DNA of 64,000 nucleotides, from NCBI RefSeq assembly GCF_021869535.1, contig NW_026262648.1:1364001-1428000 (forward strand), in the 5' to 3' direction. Source of the stretch: Mytilus californianus (lineage: Eukaryota). Positions 1 through 13,488 of this stretch are shown piece after piece. The notes under the pieces were generated by a model that saw only the letters and a program-made list of their open reading frames with translations, searched no databases and had not been told where the DNA came from. Each line of letters starts with the position of its first letter. Position 1 is the first letter of the stretch. Made by a program: the position numbers and the translations under genes.

Positions 1-610
1 AATGAAATGTAGAATTAATTTCCTACAACTGTTGGAGAAGACGTTACTAAGTTGAAAAACTTGTGTCTAATCCATTTGTCATTTTTGAACAATAAAATAT
101 GTTTAAACTACAACTGTCAAATTCAAGGAACTATTTTTTTTTTCGACCCTTTTTCGTATGCAACCGGATGTGACATACTATGATTTGGTGGTATTACACC
201 TAAATATGCTAAATGCATCATTTCATGAAAATTTTTGTCCATTGTTCAACAATCACAATAGTAAACATGGTAAACATGGTAAATGCATGCAATAATATCT
301 GATTTTTCAGTAGTCATTAGAGTATAATGGGGTGCTTAAATATAAATAGAGAATGGACAAAAAAAGAACAGAGAAACATTGCTTTAAATCAAAGAATACA
401 GAATGAAAACCCCATCTACGTGTTCAAACAAGATTTAACTACCAAACAGTTAAACACGCAGACTATTCTGGAAGAAATACCTCTTAATTAACAGTTTTTA
501 AACATGAAAGCAAGTTATTCTAATTAAATGTGAAAAGGGAACATAATTCTGTCAAATTATAACATTTTGTACTTTACTATTAATCATTTTTTAAAGACAA
601 TCCAATAGAT

Positions 611-873
611 TGATTGATTGATTTTTGGTGTTTTAACGCCACTTTTAAGCACCGCTTTTGGGCTATTTCGTGGCGGCCAGTTTTTATTGGTGGAGGAAGC
701 CGGAGTGCCCGGAGAAAACCACCGACCTTCGATAGGAAAACTGACAATCCTAGTCAATTAAGATTGGAGTCGAGTGCACCCGCACGAGCGGGGTTCGAAC
801 TCACAACCTCAGTGTTGACAGGCTAGTGATTACAGTAGTAACTACTTAGACCACTCGGCCACCAAGGCCCCTT
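611..873 (-). mobile_element. tRNA-derived SINE (Meta/V-type central domain), near full length
   Basis: Minus strand starts GGGGCCTTGGTGGCCGAGTGG (Pol III A box) and has GAGTTCGAACCC (B box). It contains a GGTTTTCTCCGGGCACTCCGGCTTCCTCCACC core and ends in an (AATC)n tail. A perfect 14-bp target duplication ACAATCCAATAGAT lies at 597-610 and 874-887. The domain name is from recall. Confidence 0.85.
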
Positions 874-889
874 ACAATCCAATAGATAT

Positions 890-1065
890 AGGAAGATATG
901 GTATGAGTGCCAATGAGACAAGTCTCCATCCAAGTCACAATTTATAAAAGTAAACCATTATAGGTCAAAGTAAGGCCTTCAATGTCGGGCCTTGGCTCAC
1001 ACCACACAGCAAGCGATAAAGGGCCCCAAAAATTACTAGTGTAAAACCATTCTAACGGGAAAACA
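890..1065 (+). repeat. Abundant interspersed repeat (GATGTGGTATGA..GCCAATGAGACAACT family), partial copy
   Basis: The same motif recurs at ~7610 (-), ~19870 (-), ~25500 (-), ~26250, ~29440, ~33180, ~37530 and ~43930 in this window. Confidence 0.75.
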
Positions 1066-1724
1066 ATGTTTAAATATTTTTATGAAAACCTCATGTTTCA
1101 CCATCACCATGATCACTGTGACAGAGGGTTACTATAATTAGTTATTATTGTTTTTTGTATACCATTGTATCCACAAAGGTTATCGAAAAACATAGTCATA
1201 TACCCTGCATTTCAAGTATAGAAATTAAATTCTGTATGTTGAGGAAAGTAGTTGGTCAACAGTGGAAACATTTGAGAAACTACTCTTCATTTGGTGGGCT
1301 GCCCCAAAAATAGATGCAAAATTATCTCTAGCAACATCCAAAGTCTCACTTCCATATTAAAACAATAGAAAACACGAAAAATAAGTTTTGACAAATTGAT
1401 ATGCAGATTTTCTATCCCACACTATTTTTCACAAAAGTTCTATTTAAAAAAAGCAAATTATTTTATAATCATGATAATAATGATAATAGTAATAATGACT
1501 TAAAGAGGGTGACTCAATTAGCATTCACTAATCTACAAATGTACCTTGCAGCCCTCACAAAAAAAATACAGAACAGGTACTACAATTTTTTGAACATTCA
1601 ATTCAACTTTCACACTAAATGATTGTCTGTAGATCAAGAAAAACAAAATGATACATTATACACAATCATTTAAAAGACATGATAGAGTTAGAGAGTCGTT
1701 ACATATCATTCATAGTTCAAAAAT

Positions 1725-2085
1725 CTACACATTTTCTTTTAAAAGTACCAAGATTTTCACATAGTTTTATTTCGTTTGGTAGTTTATTCCAAAGTATTGA
1801 GGAGCTATATGTGAATGATTTTTTTCATCAAATTTGTATTAGGCCTCACTACAGCTAGATTATTGTTTGCAGAAGATCTTAAATTTCTGCAGTGTAGGCT
1901 GTTTATAATTGGACAACATATTTTGTTACGGTAATTAAGTGCTTTATTATTGAGAATTATATGAACAAGAATCCATTTATGATAAGAAATCCTAGATATG
2001 AAATTCAACCATTTTAGCTCTTTAAATAAATTTACAGTAGGTGTTAGTGTTGATTGGTGCATCCAGTCTCTTTTCTGCATCTTAA
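1725..2085 (-). pseudogene. 3' fragment of a CR1/L2-type LINE ORF2
   Basis: ORF 1805-2080 reads LFKELKWLNFISRISYH..LRSSANNNLAVVRPNT. After a frameshift it continues KSFTYSSSILWNKLPNEIK..GTFK, the typical post-RT C-terminal motifs of CR1/L2-clade LINEs. Confidence 0.7.
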
Positions 2086-2772
2086 CAATTCTTATTCAGT
2101 TAGGGGTACTACTTGTACAAGTTTATTTTATTTACATGAAGAAGTAATTGTAACATACTTATATAAGTAAATTTGTTATATTCATATTTTCTTGTAAGGT
2201 TAGCATAATCTCCCCTTAATTTTCTCAAAATATTTACTTGTATAAGTAATTTTTTTTACACTCCCTAAAATTCTCAAGTTTTGGGATGTAAAAAACATGG
2301 GTTAATCAATTTTTCTCTGGTTAGCTCATATTTTTTTTAATAGAGTTCAATGTTTCATCTCATTAATTCAACAAAGAAACTAATTTAGCAAAGATCTTAA
2401 GTAATTGTGCAAAGACTTCAAAAATTGTAACTTGGAGGCTTGTAAATGAGCAGTGTTTTGAAGATAACAGACAAATGAGATTTTCATTGTCCATGTAATT
2501 ACGCTTAAATGATAAGTAAAGGCATCTGCAAAGGATACCTAATTAAAAATTCTATTAGAGCAAAGAAGTCGTGAGAAATTCAAGAAAAGAAGATAGTATG
2601 ACTTTTTTACTTATAAAGGTAAAAAAAATCTGAATGTCTATGGGACATAACTACATGAACTATATAAGCCATTCAAATAATTTACCTATACAAGTAAATT
2701 CAATACACTTGTATAAGTATCTCACAAATTTACTTCTTTAACTACAAGTATATCATTGTATAATTTCTTTAA

Positions 2773-3355
2773 GGTTCGTCATAACAAATGGACAAATATG
2801 GCCGTATTTTCACCTCAAAAACTACTCTGTGTACAGGCTTACCTGTGCAGTTTGGAAAGTTTTAAGGCCTGGCATCCACTAGATGTATAAAAGTTAAATT
2901 TATTTTGCATATCAGAAATATAAAATCTTTTTTGGATTATGATGGGCATTTTTTTCCGTTCCTGCTGAAGGTGTAAAAATAAACTAAGTTGGGATATAAC
3001 TTTGAGATGCTCCATCTCAGGTAACAACTGATTTGTACTGTATTGATTGTCCTTGATTGGCATGGACAATAGATATCTACACATCTATAGGTGAGATAAA
3101 GGTAGTAACTGAGTGGACAGTATCAAATGCAATTCAGGTGTTTGTTTATTTTTACACCTTCTGCAGGAAGGAAAAAAAATGCCCATCATATTCAAACAAA
3201 GATTTTATCTTTCTGATATGCAAAATAGATTTAACTTTTATATATCTAGTTGATGCCAGGCCTTAAAACTTTCCAAACTGCACAGGTAAGTCTGTACACA
3301 GAGTAGTTTTTGAGGTGAAAATACGGCCATATTTGTCCATTTGTTATGATGAACC
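2773..3355. mobile_element. Kolobok-type MITE, 583 bp, ~212-bp TIRs, TTAA TSD
   Basis: 2773-2984 is the near-perfect reverse complement of 3144-3355. TTAA lies at 2769-2772 and 3356-3359, and the termini are GG..CC. Confidence 0.85.
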
Positions 3356-3486
3356 TTAAATAAAACCTTGTACAAATAGTATCCCTGACTGTTAGTCGGT
3401 GTTCGTAAGTTTTTGCAAACTTTAAAGCTTTAAGAACCTGTTATATCCTCTGTTATACAATGTACACTGTGTATCAATGTGTAAAC

Positions 3487-4200
3487 TGACAAAAACAAAA
3501 CAAAATAATGTAAAATTTGATGCAAAATTGCTTTCATGGAGGCTGACATCTTTGCAATGAACTCTGGGATTTGCTAATTGTTTATTACTTTGACAGTTGT
3601 CACATGTTTGACCGATTTAATTTGGCTGTTCTAGTTAGTTTAATTACCCCTAGTAGTTGACAGTTAACGGAGATTTACATTAAGAAAATTAAGAATATGT
3701 ATAATTTACATTATATCTGATGGTTTGAGCTGACATTTAACGAAGTCATAAACCTTTTTTCTTAATAATTAGTTACTGTTTGCTGAAATAAATTACGTAA
3801 TTAACAATGGCGGGAGTACATGATAATCTCTATAAACACCATGATGAAATTGATTGACAGGTGCGTTGTGACAAAACAAACCAATAAAAATCGGTTCAAC
3901 GTTTATTCTAATAAATCTGAGTAGCTAGTGTGATTGTCAACATTCTATTTATCTAAAATCATTTGAAAATGCAAACAGAAGCCAAGAATAAATACATATT
4001 TGTCAAAATATTTCTAAATTTATGTCCTTAACCTTGTTGCTATTTTGAGTTACCCAATGACATTTAGGAGGTGTGCGATTTTAAGCTAATAGTTCACAGT
4101 GGTTGAATCATGTGGTTTTGTTGATACCCAGTGAAGCTCCGCCTATTAACAGCACCAAAACAAACCGGTGGAAAGACCGGCATATGTTTACATTTGACAG
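3487..4200. promoter_or_regulatory. Cluster of TGACA(G) TALE-homeodomain-like sites upstream of the ZNF704-like start codon
   Basis: 12 TGACA/TGTCA hits at 3487, 3544, 3591, 3598, 3658, 3731, 3855, 3869, 3935, 4001, 4058 and 4195, including TGACAGTTGTCA (3591) and TGACAGCTGA (4195). Function is inferred only. Confidence 0.35.
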
Positions 4201-4298
4201 CTGATTTTGAGCAACAGATTATTCAATGAATATACCATTTTAAGTGCTAACTTCTAAATATTTTTATGTTGGATATATAACTTATTATATATGAAACT

Positions 4299-7200
4299 AT
4301 GTTTACTAATCGGAGACTAGCAAAACGGTCTATTATAGGGACTAAAATCAGTGCTTTGTGGCAAGATGGCCGTTATTATCCAGGGAGCATCCAGAATTAC
4401 ACAGCTGAAGAAAGTATGGTATTTGGATCAACATACGTCATACAGTTTGACGATGGACACAGGAAAGAAGTGCGTGCAAATGAAATAATTGGACCTGGAT
4501 TTCAAACTCTCCCATCTGTGAAACTTAAGAACGGCCAAAAACTTTATTTAACTTTGAACGGTCGTGAGGTCCCAGGAATGGTCATTGATCACGACAGAGA
4601 ACATGACGTTGTGGTTATTAACGTAAAAATGTCAAATGGCGATGAATCGGAGATCGAGAGAAAAACGGACGAATTGAGACTGATAGAAAGTAGGAAATCG
4701 GCAAGACTTGTTGATCAAGATACCGATTACTCTAAACTTGCTGACTTGACACTGAACACAAATGAAAACAAAAGAAGCAGAACAGTTTCACACGTGATAG
4801 ATGTGCCATCAAAAGTGTAAGTTGATTTTTTTTTTGTATCTTATTTGGTATTACGTATATGGCTTTAACCTTTACTTTGTAAATCCTTTTTAAGTTTTAC
4901 TTCTGAAGAATATCTACAAATGTATTTAAACTCCTGATCATGTCCTATTGCCTGTGTCTAAATATAGTTCATTTATCTGACAAAAAATCGTAAAATACAA
5001 TACCGGCTTAAATTCTGTGTAATTAACTAATACATGTAATAGGAAATACGTAGATTTCTTGGTGTTATGAAATTAATTCAGTAAAAATACCATTTACGGT
5101 AATATACTTATATATTTGTACATGTACAAGTAGCTGATCAACATCCTTTTAATTGGCAAAATTAGTGTACCGATAAACTATTGGTCACAAATATGATTTT
5201 CGATGGAAGAAAAAATGTTTGGCATTTATGTGAGCATAATTTTTTTTAAAAAGTCGATCGTAAAAAAATTAAGATCAGACAAAGTCCATCCTCCATGACA
5301 GGAACCAGGAGGAGATTTTACATGGTGACTAGGGGATACCGGTATGTGTGTGTAGGTCATTTTATATGTATTTATGTAACAGTTTTAACATTTGAAACTG
5401 CCACTTGAAAGCAGAGTTTGCTAAAACTGTGTCTCTGCTGTATACATTTGTAACTCTATAGAACATGTACATACATGTGCATGTATATATATATATAGTT
5501 TATATAGTTTTTTTCTTTAAAACCTAACTTTTTTTTTAGAAAAAAAAGTTAATCCAAAAGAAACAATTTAGAGAATAATTTAAAAGTAATTTTTTAGAAA
5601 AACGTGGTTTGTATGAATTCGTATAACCGGGCATTTGTACACATTATTTTCAGTAGACATAGAGGTCCAAACATTGAACGTGAGGATCAGAATAACAGCC
5701 AGACAGATGATGATGTAGAAATGGACGATAATATCGCGGCAATGGTCCTAACGAGTTTGTCCTGCAGTCCGGTATCTCCACACTTCCATGGGTCATTATC
5801 AGGTATAAACAAAGTTTCTGTGTATGTTCAATGCATAAGTTAAACTGTGGTTCTCTTTCGCTATCAAATTGTAGCAATTCTAAGCGAGACGTTAAGTATG
5901 CTGTTTCCGTTGGAGATGGCAATGTCAAAAATATATGTCTGTGTTAACAGTTCATTGGTACTTAAACTGAAGATTAATGTTGTAAAAAAAATTAATTACA
6001 TCACTAAGAAATTTTGACATGAGAGCGTAGATTTTGTTGAAAGTCATATATATGCAGTTTATATGCAAAAAAAAATAATAAACCATTCATTTTTTATTAA
6101 AACAGAAAAATCCCACTTGTTGTCTAGCAGTGCTAACAGTAGTGGTTTCCATTCCGAGCCTAGAAGTGATCCCTCCCCACCCCTCTCTAGTCATTTGAGT
6201 GAAAGTTGCCCAATTACGGCGGGGTTGTTTTTTGGACCCATGGGGAAAGATGAAGGAATAAACGAAGATGACGACATGGAGAACAGTCCCGAACCAAAGA
6301 GAAAAAGAAGTTTGGTAGGTTTATTTGTCATAGAAACAAATAAATGCATGTAGTGTAATTGTGTCAAATGTTTTTTTCAATCGGTTATTAAATCAATGGA
6401 ACAAGAATTCCTTTTGCGTGCCAGTTGGCAGGCTATCAATTGTCAACAACATCTTGCAAACTTTTAATGAAAAATTCTTTGTGTGACGTAGACGCCGCAT
6501 CAATAGAAAATAATTCCCTTTCTGCGCACTTCACTTTTAAACTTTTAAACCCTTTTTACATAATAGTTATTTCAGGATTGGTTGTTTGTCGTTGTGAATG
6601 TGTATTACGTTTGTTATTTGTTTACATTTATGACCTACTTTAAGTCAGCTGATCATACCTTTATGCCGGCAATCTATTTTAGGAAGAAAAATTGATTATT
6701 TAAAATCGGAAAACCTTTATTTATATTTTCATTTTGTGTATATATATATATATATGCAAAGGTGATTGGTTTTGTCTATCATGTGTACCTGCGCTGATTA
6801 TGTGATGTAATTAGGATTAAAGGTGGCTTTTTTGCTGAAAGGGTCAACGTTCTTGGCCAATACACAAAGTCAGGTGCCAATCATGTGATCACGTGGTATT
6901 ATCATGTAAACACGAAGCATAATAACAAAGGCTTAGAGTTGAACTTTGCTCTGTTTGAAAAAAAAAATGATTAGGAAATTAATGAATTAAAATGAGGTTT
7001 GTTCCAAATATGATAAGATCACATGCATTGATTCTTTGCACAAATCCAGAGCTATTATAATGACATATGTAAACTGACCGAATTTTTATTGTGCAATGGA
7101 GCGTAACAAGACGTATCGGTTAACATCCCGAGTCAGCAGTTTTTAAGTGGCACATCGATGTAACAGTACACTAACCCCTAGGCAGTTAATAGAACATGAT

Positions 7201-10200
7201 ATTGACATAATTGTGTAAATACACATCACCGCTTTATGTTGCATTTAAACATGAAGCTATGAACTATAAGAGGATGTTTAATATTTTATAATTTTTGCAT
7301 TGTGTATATATTTGTATTTTATTGTTTTTATGCCTTCAACCCTTAGCTTTAACCCCTCGGGTATAAATGTATATTTCATTAGATAAATGAATATAAGCTA
7401 CAGAGTTCTCTCAAGTGCAAACCACATGCATGAACGAGACAGGATTTAAAAAAAATATATTTATATAAAAGAGCCCATAGAGAGTTAAATACCGAATTTG
7501 GTCTTGGATTGTTTGAGGTTTTTTGCTCCAAAATTTTAATGTTTTAACTTTTAGATTTTTTTTGGATGGAAAGCAGATGAAATGGAAACATATGAAATGC
7601 TTTATGGTCTTTGTGGAGAGTTGTCTCATTTGCAATCATACAGTATCTTAATTATTTTTATATAGATATACAGTTGCCAAAAAGATGAAGCGGTCTTAAA
7701 TCTCCAACTTGCATCCAAATATATGAGAACATCTTAATTTTAAAGTTAAAGACCTGCATATGAGACTACTATGCATTTCAATAAAACATTTCCCAATGGA
7801 AGACTTTAATTTATAACTAGAATTTAATATACATGATATAAAAAGGGTGAAAAAGTTACTTTTCTTGATTCATGAAAATACTAAAAGGCGTATTTTTTTT
7901 CAAACCAGGACCATTTTCACAAAGTCTCAATGTATTCTAGAATTCATAGTCACTGTATCACAGCTGAATATGTCATTTGTATTTTGATAATCTGGCAACA
8001 CTTTATGATATTTATGAGTATGCAATACCATCCTTCATTATAAAAAGACAGTTTTTACCATTTAGATATATTTTGGCACATTTTCAGTATTTATCAAAAG
8101 AGAAAAATGTATGTATTAGCATAAGGACAGCCATTTGAAACAAAATATAACATTGATATATCAGGAATGTTAATTAAGATGTATTTATATATATATACAA
8201 GTCTAAATTGAAAACAACGTTCAAACCTATGATTGCGTTGGATAAAAACTGCAATTTTTATACGTGTGCATGCAAAACAAATTTCTTGATAGAGGGGTCT
8301 AAATACAGCACAAACAACATTCTCCAAAAGACCAAAAAAGTGAAAAAGTATATTTAACAAAACGCATTTGACTAACAGGTCGAACAACAGATGTTCTTAA
8401 ACCCTGCTGATATATATATATATATATATATACAAGTCTAAATTAAAAACAACGTTCAAACCTATGATATATATAGCATTTTGATTTATAATGAATATTT
8501 GCAAATTTGTTAAAAATTGTTTTATTTAGACTATACAATATAGAGTCCCTTAATCCACTAGGTTTCTAATGCAACTGTCCAATTTTAACCATGTCAGGGC
8601 AGCAAATGTAGGAATTTACATTTTGAATATTTGATTTTAGGGGATGACCAAAACTATGTTCCAATGTACTTGGAAAGGATGTGGGAAAGTTCACAACACA
8701 GAATCTGCAATAGAAAAACATGTCAGGACAAACCACTTGGGGTATATATATATATATATAGACTCATATTATGTTGAGACCAGTATGTTAATATAACAGC
8801 ACTGAGCAGACAATTGAGTGCTTGCTCACAAGAAGAATAAATATACATTTCAGTACTGTATATTGGGAAATTCAGCAAATATCTTACACTATTTTCTGGT
8901 AGATATTGACACCAAAATTTACACTACACGAACAATATACTGTTCATTTATGTAAATGCATTCAAAAAGGCCATGAAATGCAAAAAATATCCACAGCGAA
9001 AATTTAACAAACCCCCAAACAAAACCAGACACAAAAATAACCTAATATACTGTAATCTAGGTGTTATTACAGGAATATACTTGGAGGAAGGCGTATATGC
9101 TGTGACATTACCTACAATGTATCTATTGCTGACCATTATAATAAAAAGATTGACTTATCTCCCTTAGACTATAAATGTTAATCTTTAGTTATATATGCAA
9201 TGTGGAATAATTGTTTTTTTTTAAAAGAAAACCTTTGGAGAACGATGTTCAAATAAAAAAAGAAAAATTGATAAGAAAAAGAAACACTCTTTTGATTGTA
9301 AAGACAGGAACAAATATTTGATTGCAGGGGCAAAGATTCCGATTCTGACATGTCTGACCATGAAGAGGAATTCTATTACACGGAGATAGAAGTGAATGTT
9401 GACAATGTAACAAAGACTTTCTCAGATATGTTCACGTCCTCACCTCCAGACAATAATTACATGGACCCTGTACAGTATATCACAGACCATGATTATCAGA
9501 GAAAAATTGATATACCAGAACCTAAACGGGAAACAGTTGATATGAAGGTAAATGCTATAGAAAAATGTTAAGATATCTGTCAGCAGCAGGTTATACTGGA
9601 AAGTCTTGAGATTTTGCAGCATTTTGATTTTTTTACTGGTTTTTTTCTAGGGTAACAGATAATTGTATATAGGAGAAACAACAAATTGTTTGCGTAGAAA
9701 GACAAATATTTTGTACATATCTTCATGAACAGGAAATACCCTGTCCTCTGTTCTCGAGGGACCACAAAATTGCCATTAAATACACTTAACTGCGGCCAAG
9801 CTTAGCGAAAGGCCGTGCGACATAATCAGTCAAACAAACTTTATTAGATCAACTCGTTAAGGAACGAGTGTTGTCATTGGTCAATTCAAACCTTCGACCT
9901 CAAATAAACTCAGTTAAGCCCCGCCCAAGCACACCTGCTAATAAAACAAAACATGCATACTATAAATGATCGAAAGTTGAATGATCACGTACATGATTGT
10001 GTACTATGTGCATGTGAAATTTATTTATATTATAATTGTGTGCAAAAGTTCTAATAAGGTCCTTTTGTTTTAAATAAGATTTTTTTTTAACAAAGACTCT
10101 CAACAGTTTTCACGGTGAAATATATTGAATCCAACTGTATCCTCTCAAGTAGTTCTGGACTAACCCCGTGCACCTTTTCTATCTGTTAAGTTACATCATC

Positions 10201-13200
10201 ATGTGTTGCAATGAGACCAAATTAGGAAATATGAATGAAATGACCTGAGACCGTAATTAACTACACACATAATTAACCAAATTACATAATATACATATTG
10301 CATGATTTTACGGTAAATAGGTTTTGTGTTCAATATTCATATTCTATAGTAAGTATATCACAGCCTCCTCCTCGACCATTAAACGAATCTCGCGTATACT
10401 AAACCTTTTTTTATTAATATGAAACTACATAGAAATATGAAAATAGAACCACAAATGACAACTTAAATTTACATACCATTTCATGGCTTTTAAAAACAGG
10501 GAAGTTTTGGGATTTTATGGATTTGACTTTGGATAGTGTGTTTTTTTCCCTTCATATTCAGTTTACTCTGGGACATAATATATTTTAGTATAATATATTT
10601 TAGTATAATAGTCCCAGGTTTACTTGATTTTGAAAAAAAATCCCGAATTCTAAGTAAATTTGGAGCAGGTAACCATGCTTTCTTTAGAGAAAAATGGAGA
10701 AAGCAAACCACTGGCCACAATGAAAGGAAATGTACTTTATACACATGTTTGTAACTCCGGCAATGTAGGTGATGAAGATATTTACATAGGTTTACATAGA
10801 AAACCAAGTATTATGTCAAAGAACTCGCTGATTGGTAATGAAAAACAATCAATTGAACATGTTTAAAGAAAGTGTGTTCATTCATTAAATGTATTAATAA
10901 AAAGGTGAAAGGTGGGTCCCTCCTTGTACATTTATTTTGTCATCCTTAATTTCTTTATATTTCATTTAACAGTTTATTGTACATGTATTATTTTGTACTT
11001 CATTTAAAATAAGCATACTAAATTTGTTAACCTTCAATTTTATATTTTCTCGGTAAATTCATTCAATTCCAAGTTTTGGGAGAAATGTGCAACCCATCAT
11101 GAATTATTTTTATTATGAGATCTTTATTACATGTAACTACAACATTGTCGGGACAATAAGGTAGGATATAATTGTATCCCGTCAGTGTGAAAGAAATTTA
11201 AAAGTGGTTCATTTATTTATCAGTATAAATGTGGCACATGTATTTATCCTTATATTTTTCATAATCCGGTACATGATAATTGGGTTGTTGCAAAGAGAAC
11301 ATTTATAAATAAAAAAAAAATATCACAAGGATAATATTTCGACCCAGTTATTTTTAAATCAGGTGACAACACAGCAGTACACAAACCTGTTTACGTTCGT
11401 ACTAAAACATAGTACATTCCATTGTCGGTCACCTGTGTCAATTCACGTGCACACTACGATTGTTGTTGTATTTGAATCTTTCAGCCAATGAAATGGGACG
11501 TTACAAGTTGTTTGTTTGTGATACGCCAGAATGTTATCAATGAATTATCAAATGCTAAACTTGACTGCAGTTCAGTGTATGATTTTTCAGATTACACTGT
11601 ATAAATGAATAATTGATATTTTAATGTTTGAAATTTATGAAACAATTTATTCACAACCCTCTGTTTAAGCAGATTGATATTTAATTACAGATAGTTTTAG
11701 TAGTCAAGCTGATTAAAAATTGAAAACAGTGAATTAGATCCATTATAGAAGCAAATAAAAAATCCTGCTACTTAAAATATGATTGTCTTTTGACCAAGTA
11801 TCAACTGTTATAATTTCATGCTCTAACAATTTTCACTTTGTAAATGTAAAGATGTCTCATTTTATGACAATCACTGACAATATAATTTTTTTATTTTCTT
11901 AACTTTGTGAAAAAAGTGTATATGCATTGACAAAGTTATCTTATGCTGCCGACACAGAATCAAGTTTGACAATGTCTTAGGCTACCCCAAATAAACTGAA
12001 TGGTGATCATATGTGCTCTAGAACGGTAATTAGGTAATGTCCTATTAGTGCCACCAGTAAGTATAAGTTATGAAAAATACAAAACTCTGTGTTGAAACCC
12101 GACACAGATTAAACATACAATTGCTCGTCAGTGTATAAACCAGATAAAATAGCTATCACATTTAAAAGAAACATATTTTATTAATAAGATGGATGAACAT
12201 CTCTGTTTGATAGAATGTGATTATAACATGCCTAAATTCAATATTGTGTTGATGAAAAAACCCAATACGTTAAGGAGCTTGGTGGTGAAAAACCCAATTT
12301 GATATTTGCTTGAGGGGTGAATTGGAATTAATAATGCAATTGAAAAACTATTTCACTCAATTAAATAAAAAATGGTGGGTAAAAACCCCAATTTGTGAAT
12401 TCTTATCTGGAGCTCTGTCAGTATGATTTTCTGATATGCATCAATGATATAGATTTATTTTATGAACATTCAAGTATTTCATTTCTTTTTTTTTAGGAGC
12501 ACAGTTATTCCCATATGCATGCCTCATCAGTGCCGTCAGGTGGTTTCTTTCCACATCAAGAGCTGACAGCTCCTATTTCCATGCCACAGATGAAAAGGTC
12601 TTTATCATGGCAGAACAGTGCTAATTTGTCTCCAGTTTCATCTGCTGTAAGTTATTTTAAAACAGTTGTATGTATAGTTTGATACAGTTCAGTACACACA
12701 AGGGAGCTCAGTTGATGTTGGGAATTTTAGGTGATTTTTTTATAAGGTTCAATAGATGCCAGAAGTGGATCTAGGATTTGAAAAAAGGAGGACCCAACAA
12801 CATAGCAACATTTTAAGTAGGACTTGTAAAAAGTAGATGCATTAACAATATATGTAGCTCCATTGGGGATTAAGTCTCCTGTCCCCCTACCTAAATTAGC
12901 CTCTGGATACTATACTGTTTAACCTCTGATTGCTTGTATGTGCAAATATATGAAAATAAGGCTCATTTTTCAAAAGTTTTCAATTGTATGCACAAGAAGT
13001 GTGATGAAAGAAAAGAAATACTGGTTTTTCCACTCCTTATAATTTTTAGTGTAGGCACAAGGGACCATATGTAAGCTTTTGCCTATTCTGTGCCTACTTG
13101 AAAGATGGAATTGACAAAACCAACCCGAGTAGTACCGGTACTAGTGTAATATATGACAGGGTCATAAATCAGTGTGTTGTCACATGGAGTTATTCCTGTT

Positions 13201-13488
13201 TCACAGCCAATCACATACTGTATAAAAATATTATGGAATTTATCTCTTTTTTTATAGGTTTCATCACCTATTAGAATGACCAAGCTTTCACCTCAGGACA
13301 GATTACAACAACACCAAGCACAATCTCCAAAATCTCACATGTTTGGACAATCACCAAAATCAGCGGCACTTCATAAAAAACCACGCAGTGAAGTACGGAA
13401 ATGTCGGAAAGTATATGGTATGGAAAACAGAGAAATGTGGTGCACACAGTGTAAATGGAAAAAGGCTTGCTCAAGATTTGTGGACTAA
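4299..13488 (+). CDS. ZNF704: Zinc finger protein 704/395-like (C2H2 + C-clamp/CR3) transcription factor, 7 coding exons, 525 aa
   Basis: join(4299-4816,5654-5802,6106-6314,8641-8741,9328-9547,12497-12646,13258-13488). All junctions are GT-AG with matching phases (2,1,0,2,0,0), total 1578 nt. Family motifs: [13 protein letters not shown]2H2 finger [39 protein letters not shown], and the C-terminal C-clamp [28 protein letters not shown]. The symbol denotes the family (ZNF704/ZNF395/SLC2A4RG co-orthologue). Confidence 0.92.

Noticed and set aside
614-826. 70-aa ORF
   Set aside because: Antisense reading of the SINE.
10660-10866. ORF as an extra ZNF704-like exon
   Set aside because: The nearest acceptor (10687) gives phase 1, incompatible with the phase-0 junction 9547/12497, which already joins cleanly. 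No family motifs.
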